In this document: in pieces, positions 41,160 through 51,271 of the stretch
Numbering within the stretch: the first letter of the stretch is position 1
Layout: the number at the start of each line of letters is the position of its first letter
From: an uncultured Thermoanaerobaculia bacterium
Lineage (GTDB): Bacteria; Acidobacteriota; Thermoanaerobaculia; Thermoanaerobaculales; Sulfomarinibacteraceae
NCBI GenBank assembly: GCA_964609835.1
Contig: CAZSTH010000004.1
Span: 3,578-67,577 of the forward strand
Direction: 5' to 3'
Length of the DNA stretch: 64,000 nt
Translations under genes and position numbers: made by a program
Notes under the pieces: model-generated
Told to the model about the DNA's origin: nothing
Database searches by the model: none
What the model saw: the letters and a program-made list of their open reading frames with translations, nothing else

Positions 41160-42349
41160 TACCGCCATTCTCCAAGGCCTCCGGGAGCGCCCCGCGAACC
41201 CGTCATGTTGTAGATCGACCTCACCATGGAGGCATTTGCCGCCGTGAACTCGCACAGCCAACGATCGCGGGATTCGGCGCGTGGTCGCCAATGCTCGTGA
41301 ATCGCTCGCTTGAGACGATTCGCGGCCGCGGTAGGTTCTGCCGGAAGGTGAAGTACCACGTCATCGGGAATCTCCGACACGAAACTCGTGCGGTTGGCGA
41401 CTACCGCGACGGACTTGCCGCACAGCAGGCTCTTGATAACTGCGCCCTCGATCGGCGATGACCAGAGAGAGGGAATGACCGTGATCTCGGCGCGCACCGC
41501 CACCGCAGAAAGGCCGGAGTCCCAGGTCATCGGCTGGAATTTGCAGTTTGGCGGCAGTTCTTCCTCGTAATCCAGAGCCGCGCACGGAAAAAGAAACCGC
41601 AGTTCACTGCACAGCCGCGCGACCTCGAGCAACCACGACGCGCCCTTCGCTTCGATCCAGTGGCCGTGAAAAAGAACGTCGACATCGTGAGGCTCCGCGC
41701 CTTTCACCGGCTGTGCCTCGAAAAGCTCTTTCCATCCCGCCGTCCAGAGGCCGACGACGGGCACTTCGACTCCAAAATGACGGCGCGCAAGCCTCGCCTG
41801 CGAAGCACATTGGGCGAGCAACCGCACGCGCCCTGCTCCAACCAGTTCGAAAAGATCGCGCACGAAATTCTCGGCGGCGGGATCGGGGATCGGAAACGGC
41901 TCGCAGCAGTTGTGGTGCATCGCTTCGAATTGTCCGCCAAGGCAGCCCACACACGCCCTGAACTCTCCCGGCAGGTGATTGTAGCTGCGGATGCAGAAGT
42001 AGCAGTTGTCGAGCAGCAACAGCCACGGCGGCCGTCTCCGTTTCCGAATGAACTTGATGGACCGCCCCATACCGATGGTCTGTGGGTGCAGCAGGATCAC
42101 CTCGCTGAGGCTCAAGGCCTCTTCCAATCGCAGCCGCAGCGCGAACCAGCGGCGCGAGAAGCGGGGCTCGATGGCCTCACGGGCCGCGGCGACGAGGTGG
42201 CCGGATGCGGCTCGACGACGAGCCATTCCAGTGGCCTCACGCCGGAACACCACGTCGCAGCCCTGGCGCCAAAGCCACTCAACGAGGAGTCCGGTGCCGG
42301 AGTCGCCCGGGGCGATACCGGAGAAGAAGACCGCGCGCCGGTTGTTCAC
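41159..42349 (-). CDS. Putative divergent GT-B glycosyltransferase with a Cys cluster
   Basis: DNCYFC..CVGC..CC insert, KG motif, IPSLWSSPIEGAVIKSLLCG. Confidence 0.55.
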   Translation of the reverse strand: MNNRRAVFFSGIAPGDSGTGLLVEWLWRQGCDVVFRREATGMARRRAASGHLVAAAREAIEPRFSRRWFALRLRLEEALSLSEVILLHPQTIGMGRSIKFIRKRRRPPWLLLLDNCYFCIRSYNHLPGEFRACVGCLGGQFEAMHHNCCEPFPIPDPAAENFVRDLFELVGAGRVRLLAQCASQARLARRHFGVEVPVVGLWTAGWKELFEAQPVKGAEPHDVDVLFHGHWIEAKGASWLLEVARLCSELRFLFPCAALDYEEELPPNCKFQPMTWDSGLSAVAVRAEITVIPSLWSSPIEGAVIKSLLCGKSVAVVANRTSFVSEIPDDVVLHLPAEPTAAANRLKRAIHEHWRPRAESRDRWLCEFTAANASMVRSIYNMTGSRGAPGGLGEWR

Positions 42350-43257
42350 TGGTTCTCCAACTGGTCATCGATCACGCGGCGGAGGCCTTCTGCGAGTGAC
42401 GTGGCGCTGGTCTGTCCGACTGTTTGCCGGAGGAGATCGACATTCGCCACTAGCCGCTGGATCTCGTTCGGTCGATGCGGCAGACGCCCGAAGAGCATCA
42501 ATTCCGTGCCGCCGAACTCGGACGCGATCTGCTCCACGAAATCTCTGAGCAGTAGAGCGTGTCCAGATCCCAAATTGATGGTCGACATCGAAATCCAGCT
42601 CTCCAGTTCGAGGAGTGAGACGAGATCGCGAGCGATGTCGCCCACGTAGGAGTAGTCCCTCACGACGTCACACGGTGTCAGGTCAAGCTCCGTCCGCTCG
42701 CGGCACGCCCGAACCACCTGCGGGACCAACCGGTGACCGCCTTCGCCCGGTCCCCACATCCCGAACGGCCGTGCGATCAAGACCGGTACGCCGAGATCTC
42801 GCGATCGCTCAAGCAGCAGCAGCGAGGCCGCCGCCTTGCTCAAGCCGTAGGGACCGAACGGTCGCAGCGGTTCACTCTCGGCGATCCGGTGCGGGCGCGA
42901 GCCGTACTCGAAACAGCTTCCGACCTGAAGCACTCGTCGCACGCCGTAGTGACATGCGGACTCATAGAGGTCGAGCGCGCCGCGAATGTTCACTTCCATG
43001 GCGGTGCCGGCGTCCCGATCTGAGTAATCCACGCCATAGGCTGCACAGTTCACGACCTGGTCGGGTCGGATCGCCTCCAGTGCGCGGTCGATGGCAGATC
43101 GGTCGGTAAGGTCGAAGGCCAGATCGACAAATGATGATGCCGTGCGTCCAGCTGCAATCGGCCGCAATCCGCGCTTCAGGAGCTGATCCCTGACGTGCCG
43201 CCCGAAAAAACCGCCGGCACCAGTGACGAGCACCCGAGCCTGGTGCCGACCCGGCAT
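42346..43257 (-). CDS. NAD-dependent epimerase/dehydratase (candidate CDP-3,6-dideoxyhexose 4-reductase, RfbJ/RfbS-like)
   Basis: TGAGGFFG, GSCFEYG, YGLSK; directly downstream of rfbH. Confidence 0.82.
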   Translation of the reverse strand: MPGRHQARVLVTGAGGFFGRHVRDQLLKRGLRPIAAGRTASSFVDLAFDLTDRSAIDRALEAIRPDQVVNCAAYGVDYSDRDAGTAMEVNIRGALDLYESACHYGVRRVLQVGSCFEYGSRPHRIAESEPLRPFGPYGLSKAAASLLLLERSRDLGVPVLIARPFGMWGPGEGGHRLVPQVVRACRERTELDLTPCDVVRDYSYVGDIARDLVSLLELESWISMSTINLGSGHALLLRDFVEQIASEFGGTELMLFGRLPHRPNEIQRLVANVDLLRQTVGQTSATSLAEGLRRVIDDQLENQ

Positions 43258-43260
43258 GCC

Positions 43261-44622
43261 TCACGAACCGAAGGACGCTGCGAACTCCAAAATGGAGTCG
43301 CCAGCGTAGTCGATGTGCTGATCTGTCAGCCCCGGGAACACCCCGATCCAGAAGGTTCGCTGCATGGCAATGTCGGTATTGGTCAGCGTTTCCGCCACTC
43401 GGAAGTTCTGCTCTCGCATGTACGGCTGGCACACGAGGTTCCCGGCAAACAGATTACGGGTCGCGATGCGGCGGCGGTTGAGAAAGGCGACCATCTCGTC
43501 GCGGGAAAAGGGCGCCGTGTCACGGACTGTAAGTGGAAATCCGAACCACGACGGATCCGTCCCGGGTGTCGCTTCGGGCAGGATGAGGACCTCCTCAAGC
43601 TTCTCCAGGCGTCGTCGCAGCCGTTTGAAGTTTCTCTTGCGCGCTCTCACGAATTTGTCGAGGCGCTTCAGCTGTGCGAAGCCTACAGCTGCCTGCATGT
43701 CCGTGATCTTGAGATTGTATCCGAGGTGACTGAAGATATATTTGTGGTCGTAGCCCCTGGGAAGCTCTCCGAGTTGCCACCCGAAACGCCGTCCGCAGGT
43801 GTCGTCGTGCCCCGGAGCGCACCAACAATCCCGGCCCCAATCTCGCAGCGAGATCACTACCCGCTCCAAGAGCCTAGACCCGGTGGCAACCGCCCCACCC
43901 TCCCCCATGGTGATGTGGTGGGCCGGATAGAAACTGAAGGTACCGAAGTCGCCGAAGGTGCCCACCAACTGTCCGTCGACCATGGAACCGAGGGCATCAC
44001 AGCTGTCTTCGACAAGCCAAAGATCGCGCGAGCGTGCGATTCCCATGATCGCGTTGACATCAAATGGATTTCCTAAGGTATGCGCCAGGACAATAGCCTT
44101 CGTCTTCGGGCCGATTGCCTGTTCAATATGATCCGGTCGCGGGTTGTAAGTCGGGATGTCGATGTCAACGAACACCGGGGTCAAGCCGTTCTGGATGATG
44201 GGATTGACTGTTGTCGGGAACGCTGCGGCAGCTGTAATGACTTCGTCGCCTGGTTTCAGTCGACGGCTCCCGAGCTTTTCAGAGGTGAGCGCCGCGACTG
44301 CAAGGAGATTCGCTGACGACCCTGAATTTGTGGTAAGCGCTCTCTTCACACCGAGGAATTCTGCAAACCGTACTTCAAACAAGACGTTGTACCGGCCAGC
44401 GGTCAGCCAGAAATCCAGTGACGCGTCAACGAGGGCGCATACCTCCTCGGCACCATACACCTTGCCGGATACCGGGACTTCGGTATCAGCCGGAACGAAC
44501 GGTGTGGTTCTTGTTTTTTCGGAAACATACTTCCTGACCAAACTCAAGATTTGACGCCTGAGAAACCCGTCATCTGAGTCCGAAGGCCCGGTTGGGAAAA
44601 TGACCCGGCGACGACTTGTCAC
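43261..44622 (-). CDS. rfbH: CDP-4-keto-6-deoxy-D-glucose 3-dehydrase (E1)
   Basis: [49 protein letters not shown]. Confidence 0.95.
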   Translation of the reverse strand: MTSRRRVIFPTGPSDSDDGFLRRQILSLVRKYVSEKTRTTPFVPADTEVPVSGKVYGAEEVCALVDASLDFWLTAGRYNVLFEVRFAEFLGVKRALTTNSGSSANLLAVAALTSEKLGSRRLKPGDEVITAAAAFPTTVNPIIQNGLTPVFVDIDIPTYNPRPDHIEQAIGPKTKAIVLAHTLGNPFDVNAIMGIARSRDLWLVEDSCDALGSMVDGQLVGTFGDFGTFSFYPAHHITMGEGGAVATGSRLLERVVISLRDWGRDCWCAPGHDDTCGRRFGWQLGELPRGYDHKYIFSHLGYNLKITDMQAAVGFAQLKRLDKFVRARKRNFKRLRRRLEKLEEVLILPEATPGTDPSWFGFPLTVRDTAPFSRDEMVAFLNRRRIATRNLFAGNLVCQPYMREQNFRVAETLTNTDIAMQRTFWIGVFPGLTDQHIDYAGDSILEFAASFGS

Positions 44623-45749
44623 AGCGCCGAGTCCTTCACGGCGTGCGATGCGCTCTTATTTCGCCTCACTCGGGCAGCTCTGAAATCGATCAAATACTCG
44701 GATATTTGCGCCTCCATGAATTCTCTCATGTCGCGCCCCAGAGAGAATTCTTTATACCACTCAACCGTGCGGCGCAAACCTTCTTCGAGATCCCACACGG
44801 GAACCCAACCGAGTCGAGATGTCGCTTTGGCAGAGTCGAGAACGAGCGACATGGCTTCATGTGGCTGATCGATTTCGCGGCGGTGTTGCCATTCTGCTCC
44901 ATCCCCCCAATACTCAACGAGTAGCTGCATGACCTCCGCAACGGACTTCCCAAAAGAGGGATCGGGGCCGAAGTTCCACGCCTGTGCAAAAGGCGCGCCT
45001 TCGGTTGCGAGGCGTTCGGCAAGCAGCAGGTAGCCGCAAAGCGGGTCGAGTACATGCTGCCAAGGGCGGATTGCGGATGGATTACGAATTGCGACGGATT
45101 GGCCTGCGATGGCAGCTCGGACGAAGTCCGGCACCAACCTGTCGCGTGACCAGTCGCCACCTCCAAACACATTGCCAGATCGAGCGGTAGCGAGGTGGAT
45201 CCCCCGGTGCTCGAGGAAGGACTTTCTGTACGCTGCGCATACCAGCTCGGCGCAAGCCTTGCTGCAAGAGTACGGATCATGGCCGCCGAGGGGTTGAGAT
45301 TCATCATGGGCTTTTAACTCTCGATTTTCATAACATTTGTCACTGGTCACCACGAGTACCGCCTTCGCACTTCCCACCTCCCGAATTGCCTCAAGTACGT
45401 TTGCCGTCCCGAGGATATTCGTTGAAAGCGTGGTCAGCGGCTCCTCGTATGACTGCCGCACAAGGGCCTGCGCTGCCATGTGAAAGACGATTTCCGGCTC
45501 GACCTTCGCGACGAGGTCGCGCGCGGATATGGCATCAACGAGGTTCGCCCTCTCTGACACCATTCCACGCGCCACCCGACCAACATTGTAAAGTGAAGGA
45601 GAAGTCGGCGGCTCCAATGCTATGCCGAAGACTTCCGCGCCAAGCTGTTGGAGCCAAACACAAAACCAGCCTCCTTTGAAACCCGTGTGGCCCGTTACCA
45701 GCACCCGCCGGCCCGCCCAGAATTTTCCCGTCAGTCCCAAGTTTTCCAT
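44619..45749 (-). CDS. rfbG: CDP-glucose 4,6-dehydratase
   Basis: [40 protein letters not shown]. Confidence 0.95.
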   Translation of the reverse strand: MENLGLTGKFWAGRRVLVTGHTGFKGGWFCVWLQQLGAEVFGIALEPPTSPSLYNVGRVARGMVSERANLVDAISARDLVAKVEPEIVFHMAAQALVRQSYEEPLTTLSTNILGTANVLEAIREVGSAKAVLVVTSDKCYENRELKAHDESQPLGGHDPYSCSKACAELVCAAYRKSFLEHRGIHLATARSGNVFGGGDWSRDRLVPDFVRAAIAGQSVAIRNPSAIRPWQHVLDPLCGYLLLAERLATEGAPFAQAWNFGPDPSFGKSVAEVMQLLVEYWGDGAEWQHRREIDQPHEAMSLVLDSAKATSRLGWVPVWDLEEGLRRTVEWYKEFSLGRDMREFMEAQISEYLIDFRAARVRRNKSASHAVKDSAL

Positions 45750-46501
45750 GGCGCCTGACCGCTGAGCCAAAGTGACTCGAGATATTTCTTGTCTCGGATG
45801 GTGTCCATGGGGTGCCAGAATCCTTCATGCCGGTACGCCATCAGTTGACCGTCACGAGCCAGACCTTCCATTGGCTCGCGCTCCCAGGATGTCCGGTCCC
45901 CGGCGATGTAATCAGCCACACCGGGAGATAGGACGAAGAACCCGCCATTGACCCATCCGCCGCCTCCAACAGGTTTCTCCTCAAATCGAGTTACACATGA
46001 ACCATCGATTTGCAGGGCACCAAAACGACCCGGCATTCGGACAGCGGTCACCGTTGCTAAACGTCCATGTTGCTCGTGCATCGAGACAAGAGCCCGGATG
46101 TTGACATCACCCACACCATCCCCGTAGGTTAGACAAAAGTCGCCTCCGTCGAGATATTTGAGGGCTCGGAGCAGTCGCCCTCCGGTGAGAGTGTCTTCTC
46201 CAGTGTCTACGAGGGTCACTCGCCACGGCTCGGCCTGTGCCTCATGAATCTCTACCGAGTTGGCCCGGACATCGACAGTGACGTCCGCAGAATGAAGGAG
46301 GTAGTTCACGAAGTACTCTTTAATGACGTAACCCTTGTAACCAAGGCAAATCACAAAGTCATTGATGGCGTGTGCTGAGTAAATCTTGAGGATATGCCAC
46401 AGAATTGGCCTGCCATCCAGTTCGACCATCGGTTTCGGTTTACTGAATGTTTCCTCACTAAGTCGGGTCCCGAAACCACCCGCAAGAATAACCGCCTTCA
46501 T
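45731..46501 (-). CDS. rfbF: Glucose-1-phosphate cytidylyltransferase
   Basis: MKAVILAGGFGTRLSEET..KPKPMVE, TYGDGV, APWKTW. Confidence 0.96.
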   Translation of the reverse strand: MKAVILAGGFGTRLSEETFSKPKPMVELDGRPILWHILKIYSAHAINDFVICLGYKGYVIKEYFVNYLLHSADVTVDVRANSVEIHEAQAEPWRVTLVDTGEDTLTGGRLLRALKYLDGGDFCLTYGDGVGDVNIRALVSMHEQHGRLATVTAVRMPGRFGALQIDGSCVTRFEEKPVGGGGWVNGGFFVLSPGVADYIAGDRTSWEREPMEGLARDGQLMAYRHEGFWHPMDTIRDKKYLESLWLSGQAPWKTWD

Positions 46502-46871
46502 CTCGTACCCTTCGACTCCTCGCTGATGAAATCGCAGCTGTTCAATGCCAAAATCCCTCAGAATCGAGGATATCACCCAACGCTGAGATGTCGTGGCAAC
46601 CGGGCTGCAAAACGGCCATCCCGACCCGCTTTCGATGAACTGTCCACCTTCTCCCCACGATCACGCGTAAAATCTCGTCCCGCTCGATGCCACCCTCACA
46701 AGAGGCAAACTGGAAGACACTCTGTCCTCGTGGTGCGCCCGATCTTCGGAACTGGCCCCCTAGGTGTGGAATGAACAACGAACTTAGTGCGGATCGTCGT
46801 GCCTTCGGCGGATTTATTCAGGGAAGTGAGCCCGCGTTTTTCACCACCCTTTTGCTGCGGAACACCATCCG

Positions 46872-49283
46872 TCAGTCGTTGCCCGCCAGCTGGTCCTGAA
46901 TCCGCTCGAGGATCTCGCGAACCCGGCGATCGCGGTGGACCATGGCTCCACTCCAGTCGCCGGCGTCCTCCGGGAAGCTCGAGGTGATCGCCCGGGCATT
47001 GAACAGCATCACCAGGTTATCGAACCACGTGAGGTCCCTGGCCAGCAGTCGCCCCGCGGTGTACTCCACGTAGGGGAGGTCGTCGATAAACGGCGGCACG
47101 TCGGCGGTCAGCTTCGCCACCTCGGCCGGGCCGAGCAGCATGTCGGCCATCAGGCCCTCTCTCGAGAAGACGTTGGCGATCGCCAACGACTCGGTGACCC
47201 CCGGAACGTTCATGCGGTCCCAGACGATCTCGATCGGCCCGTTCTCGACCATGCCCGTGACCACGGTGTAGTCGTTGGGCGTCGAGATATCGTACCACAC
47301 CACCGTCCGTGGAAAGACCTCATGGAACGCCCGCAGGATGCGCAGCAGGCTGCCGCGATCGAGCGAGTAGATGGGGAGCCACATGGAGGTCACGCCTCCG
47401 GGCTCGAGGTGGGCGCGGCACAGCTCGAAGTACTCGCGGGTGTAGAGGGTGCTGTTGCCGGCGTACAGGGGGTGGATCGAGTCCGAGAGAATGGCGTCAT
47501 AGGTGGTGTCGGTGGCGAGCAGGAAGTTGCGGCCGTCGTTGACGACGACGTTGACCACGGGCTCCTGGAGGACACCGTGGTTGATGTCGGCGAAGTGGGA
47601 GTCGGAAGCATGCAGCACCTCGGGGGCGATCTCGACCACGTCGACGCGGTCGATCGGGTATCTGGTCACCGCCCAGCAGGTGCCGCCCGAGCCGAAGCCC
47701 ACGTGCAGCACGCGGCGGGTGTGGCGCGCCTGCAGCATCGGCAGGTTGCCCTGCAGCTGCTGGATCGCCAGCAGGGCCGGCTCGGTGCCAGCGACATTGA
47801 CACCGTTGAGTTCGAGTGAATACCAGGTCCCGGCAGGGTCGTCGTAGCGCTTGACCAGCACGGTGGCGCTCAGGCTTTCGATCAGCTCCACTAGCTCGGT
47901 GCGCTCGCTGTCCACCGCCGTCGCCTGCCGCAGCACCCAGTCCGAAGGCAGCGCGGTCCATATCAGGACCCCGGCGGCAACCACCACCGCCGCCGTCGCG
48001 GCAAACACGCGCTGGCGCCGGAGCCACAGGGCCACCCCCAGGTGGACGCCGGCGAACAGCAGCAGGGTCCGCTGGCAGCCGATCCACGGCACCAGCAGGA
48101 ACGGAGCGGCCACCGCTCCGGCGATGCCGCCGACGGTGTTGGCGGCCGCGATCACCCCGGCGTGCTCGCCCGCCGAGCGCCGTACCGGGTCGGCCGCCAC
48201 GGCAAGCGGGAACGAGGCTCCGAAGAGCACCGTCACCGGCAGGAAGAGCAGGGTGACGGCGGTGAAGAGGACGCCCTGGGCCGCCGCGAAGGTCGCGCGC
48301 AGGCGCACGACCTGGCTCAGCCACACGATCAGATCGCCCGCGAAGCCGAGCGCGAGCAGCTGCAGCACCAGCGCAACCGCGGCCAACAGCTGGACCCGCG
48401 CGAGGGCACGCGCCGGGTCGGAGATCCGCGGTGCCGCGAGGCGGACCAGCAGGCTGCCGATCGCGATCCCGAGCAGATAGACACCGAGCAGGAGCGCGAA
48501 CGCGTAGACTCGCGATCCCAGGTGCAGCACGAGGATCCGCACCCACACCAGCTCGGCGGCGAGCGCCGACAGGCCCATGGCCGCCACCAGCAGCAGGTAC
48601 CTCTTCTGGACCGGCGCCGACGGCGGGGAGATGGAAATGACCTCCGCCTTCGGAATGCTGCGCTCGACAAGGACCGCGGCCACCCCCACCGCCGTGCACA
48701 GCAGCGCCGCCGCCGAAAGGCTCGCGCGCTCGCCGAGGTTCGGCAGCAACAGGTAGGCGGCGGCGAACACCCCGGCGGCCGCCCCGAGCGTGTTGACGCC
48801 GTACAGCAGGCTCACCCGGGACGCGAGCCCGCGGCCCCGCATCCGCTCCACCAGCAGCGGCAGCGTCAACCCCATCAGGATCGTCGGCACCGCCAGCGCC
48901 ATCGCCGCGAGCCCGAACCGCTGCATCATCCCGAGCGCCAGCGATTCGCCGAGATCCTCCCCGACCGAGGCACCGGCTCTCAGCAGCAACTCGTGGAGGG
49001 CCGGCGACGCGAGGAAGAAGACGCCGATCCCGATCTCGGCGCCGCCGTACCACCGCATGTGCTTCGCCGTCCGGGAGGCGAGCCTGGCGCCCAGCCGCGC
49101 GCCGATGGCCATGCCGGCCATCCACATCGCGACCGCGGTCGATGCCGCCCACACGGTGTTGCCGAGCACCAGGCCCAGCATCCGCATCCAGACCACCTCG
49201 CCCACCAGGGCCGTCAGGCCGGACAGGAAGAACAGAGCAACCATCAGCCACGCCATGCGGCGACCTCCGACATACTGCCTCAC
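46872..49283 (-). CDS. Membrane-fused spermidine synthase-like protein (polytopic N-terminus plus SAM-binding domain)
   Basis: FFLSG..ALVGEVVW.R, LMG.TLP, LYGVNTLG repeats; GFGSGGT, VEIAPEV, NDGRNFL, YDAILSD. Confidence 0.85.
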   Translation of the reverse strand: MRQYVGGRRMAWLMVALFFLSGLTALVGEVVWMRMLGLVLGNTVWAASTAVAMWMAGMAIGARLGARLASRTAKHMRWYGGAEIGIGVFFLASPALHELLLRAGASVGEDLGESLALGMMQRFGLAAMALAVPTILMGLTLPLLVERMRGRGLASRVSLLYGVNTLGAAAGVFAAAYLLLPNLGERASLSAAALLCTAVGVAAVLVERSIPKAEVISISPPSAPVQKRYLLLVAAMGLSALAAELVWVRILVLHLGSRVYAFALLLGVYLLGIAIGSLLVRLAAPRISDPARALARVQLLAAVALVLQLLALGFAGDLIVWLSQVVRLRATFAAAQGVLFTAVTLLFLPVTVLFGASFPLAVAADPVRRSAGEHAGVIAAANTVGGIAGAVAAPFLLVPWIGCQRTLLLFAGVHLGVALWLRRQRVFAATAAVVVAAGVLIWTALPSDWVLRQATAVDSERTELVELIESLSATVLVKRYDDPAGTWYSLELNGVNVAGTEPALLAIQQLQGNLPMLQARHTRRVLHVGFGSGGTCWAVTRYPIDRVDVVEIAPEVLHASDSHFADINHGVLQEPVVNVVVNDGRNFLLATDTTYDAILSDSIHPLYAGNSTLYTREYFELCRAHLEPGGVTSMWLPIYSLDRGSLLRILRAFHEVFPRTVVWYDISTPNDYTVVTGMVENGPIEIVWDRMNVPGVTESLAIANVFSREGLMADMLLGPAEVAKLTADVPPFIDDLPYVEYTAGRLLARDLTWFDNLVMLFNARAITSSFPEDAGDWSGAMVHRDRRVREILERIQDQLAGND

Positions 49284-51271
49284 TCCAGCCTAGCAGGCGT
49301 GGGCGCAGGTCGGCCGCGACGTGATGCGAGGAGCAGCAGCACGAGCAGCAACCCGCAGCCGCTGACCGCTCCCGCGGCCGGCAGGCCGGGGGGGCGGTAG
49401 CGCCCCACCAGCTCGTGACGGCCCGGACCGACCTCGAGGAACTGCAACATCCCCGGCCCGCGCTCCAGCGCCACCTCGACGCCGTCCAGAGACCAGCTCC
49501 AGCCACGCAGCGGGGCCAGAGACACCCACAGCCAGGATCGCTCGTCAAGCTCCAGCGACGCGCGGCAGCGGTTGCCGGCGAGGCCGAGCTCGCCGGCTTC
49601 CGCACCCGCACCGGGGAGACGCCCGACCTGCGGCGTTGCAGCCGCCACCGAGACCACGGCCACCGCTCTCGGGTTGCGGAAAAGTCGCATGCCGCCTCGG
49701 ATCCGGACCGGATCCATCCCCGGGGGCACGCCCGCGGACTCCGGGAGAATCACCCACCGCGCCGCCAGCACATCGAGCCACCACCGCCTGTATGGGCCCT
49801 CGTCGGCGATTCGGAGATGGTCCATCAGCGCGGCGTGCGCCACCGGCGCGTCGGTCCGCACCAGGGTCAGCCCGCCGACCAGGTTGAGGTACCCGACCGG
49901 CCACAGGCGCCGCGGCTCGAGACCGCGCGCCATCCACCGCGTGTCTCCCGCCGCGGGCGACGGAGTCCACACCCGCTCACCGTTCGCCGCCTCGGGCCAG
50001 ACCGTCCGCCGGTCCTCGAGTCGACCCGTCGGCTGCAGGCCCAGCAACGGCCAGGACGCTGCAGCCGTCGCGACGACCCCGGCCGCGAGTGCCACTGCAC
50101 GCAGGTCGCGCCACGCCACGCGCACCGATCCGGCCAGCATCAGCGCCGCCGGGATCCCGGCCACCAGCCATGCCGAGGGGCGCTGGGTGGCGGCACACAG
50201 GAGCAGCGTCGATCCCGCCACCGCGGCTGCCCAGGGTCGCCAGCGTCCCGCCAACCAGTCCCCGGCCCCGCTTCCCATCAGCGGCAGCAACATGGTCAGG
50301 GCGATCACGGCGAATCGCGAGGGGTAACGGACCAGACCGCCGGTGACAGCCAGCACCAGCGATCCCCCACCGACCTCGGGCAGAGTCGCCAGCACCCCGA
50401 GGCAGGCCACCGCGGCGAGCAGCCACCGGTATCGAAAGGCCCCGAACAGACCACATACGAGCAGCGGGGCTCCCAGAAACAGGCTCTCCGCATACACCAT
50501 GCGTCCCGCGTCGACCGCACGACCCGGCACCAGCACTCCCAGCCAGTCACGAGGCGCCACCGCCCCGCGCAGGACCCAGTCCGCGGCCTGCAGTCCACGA
50601 TCGCCTTCCAGCACCCAGAAGACGAACGGCACGAGCTGAACCGCGACCGCGGTGACTCCGACGACGGCGCCGGCCGCCGCGACCGCTCGTCGCCGCCCGG
50701 TCAGCACCATCAGGGCCACCGCCATCGCCCAGATCTGGGGCTCGCCGCCCAGCCACGCGAGCGCGGTGGTGAGGGCCACCAGCCCGACCGCTCGCGGGCC
50801 CTCACCCCGGGCGGCGAGCAACATCCACGGTACCCAGGCCAGGGTCTCGAGGTTGTTGAGCACGCCGACCGTGAACACCACGGGTCCGATGGACCATGCC
50901 GCAGCCTCCACCACCAGCCTCCCGAGGCTCTCGGCGCCAAGGGACCGCGCCAGAAGGCCGGCGCCGAGGGACAGCCAGGCGAGATGGACCGCGACCTCCA
51001 CCGACAGAGCCCACGCCGGCGGCAGCACGAGGTGCAGCCAGGCCGGCGGGTAGAGCACCGCGGTCTCGGGGTTGGCAAACCACGCCTCGCCGCAACCGTT
51101 GGCGAGATTGAGCCACGGCATCGTGCCCGAGGCCAGCGCCGTCGCGGTGAAGTGCCGCATCGGCGCGAAGAAGTCCAGCAGGTCGCGATGGCCCGGCACC
51201 AATTTGAACACCGGAGCGGCGGCCAGCAGCAGGGGCACCCACCACACGCCCGCCAGGGCCTTCCTGTTCAC
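49280..51271 (-). CDS. YfhO-like GT-C fold membrane protein
   Basis: RD..DFFAP, PWLN...CG....ANPE..VLYPP, many TM segments, C-terminal GW...LDG..GRHEL...YRP; GTGA overlaps at both ends. Confidence 0.75.
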   Translation of the reverse strand: MNRKALAGVWWVPLLLAAAPVFKLVPGHRDLLDFFAPMRHFTATALASGTMPWLNLANGCGEAWFANPETAVLYPPAWLHLVLPPAWALSVEVAVHLAWLSLGAGLLARSLGAESLGRLVVEAAAWSIGPVVFTVGVLNNLETLAWVPWMLLAARGEGPRAVGLVALTTALAWLGGEPQIWAMAVALMVLTGRRRAVAAAGAVVGVTAVAVQLVPFVFWVLEGDRGLQAADWVLRGAVAPRDWLGVLVPGRAVDAGRMVYAESLFLGAPLLVCGLFGAFRYRWLLAAVACLGVLATLPEVGGGSLVLAVTGGLVRYPSRFAVIALTMLLPLMGSGAGDWLAGRWRPWAAAVAGSTLLLCAATQRPSAWLVAGIPAALMLAGSVRVAWRDLRAVALAAGVVATAAASWPLLGLQPTGRLEDRRTVWPEAANGERVWTPSPAAGDTRWMARGLEPRRLWPVGYLNLVGGLTLVRTDAPVAHAALMDHLRIADEGPYRRWWLDVLAARWVILPESAGVPPGMDPVRIRGGMRLFRNPRAVAVVSVAAATPQVGRLPGAGAEAGELGLAGNRCRASLELDERSWLWVSLAPLRGWSWSLDGVEVALERGPGMLQFLEVGPGRHELVGRYRPPGLPAAGAVSGCGLLLVLLLLASRRGRPAPTPARLE

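Larger units (their letters stand above)
21870..46870. other. Compositionally atypical (lower-GC, mosaic) glycan biosynthesis block
   Basis: Visible increase in A/T-ending codons versus flanks, several pseudogenes, long intergenic gaps; boundaries approximate. Confidence 0.7.

Noticed and set aside
46594-46609. Sigma54-like TGGCAA-N5-CTGCA on the + strand
   Set aside because: Imperfect match pointing at no sense gene; probably chance
21870-46870. Mobile element or integrative island
   Set aside because: No integrase, transposase, tRNA target or terminal repeats seen; looks like recombinational cassette exchange
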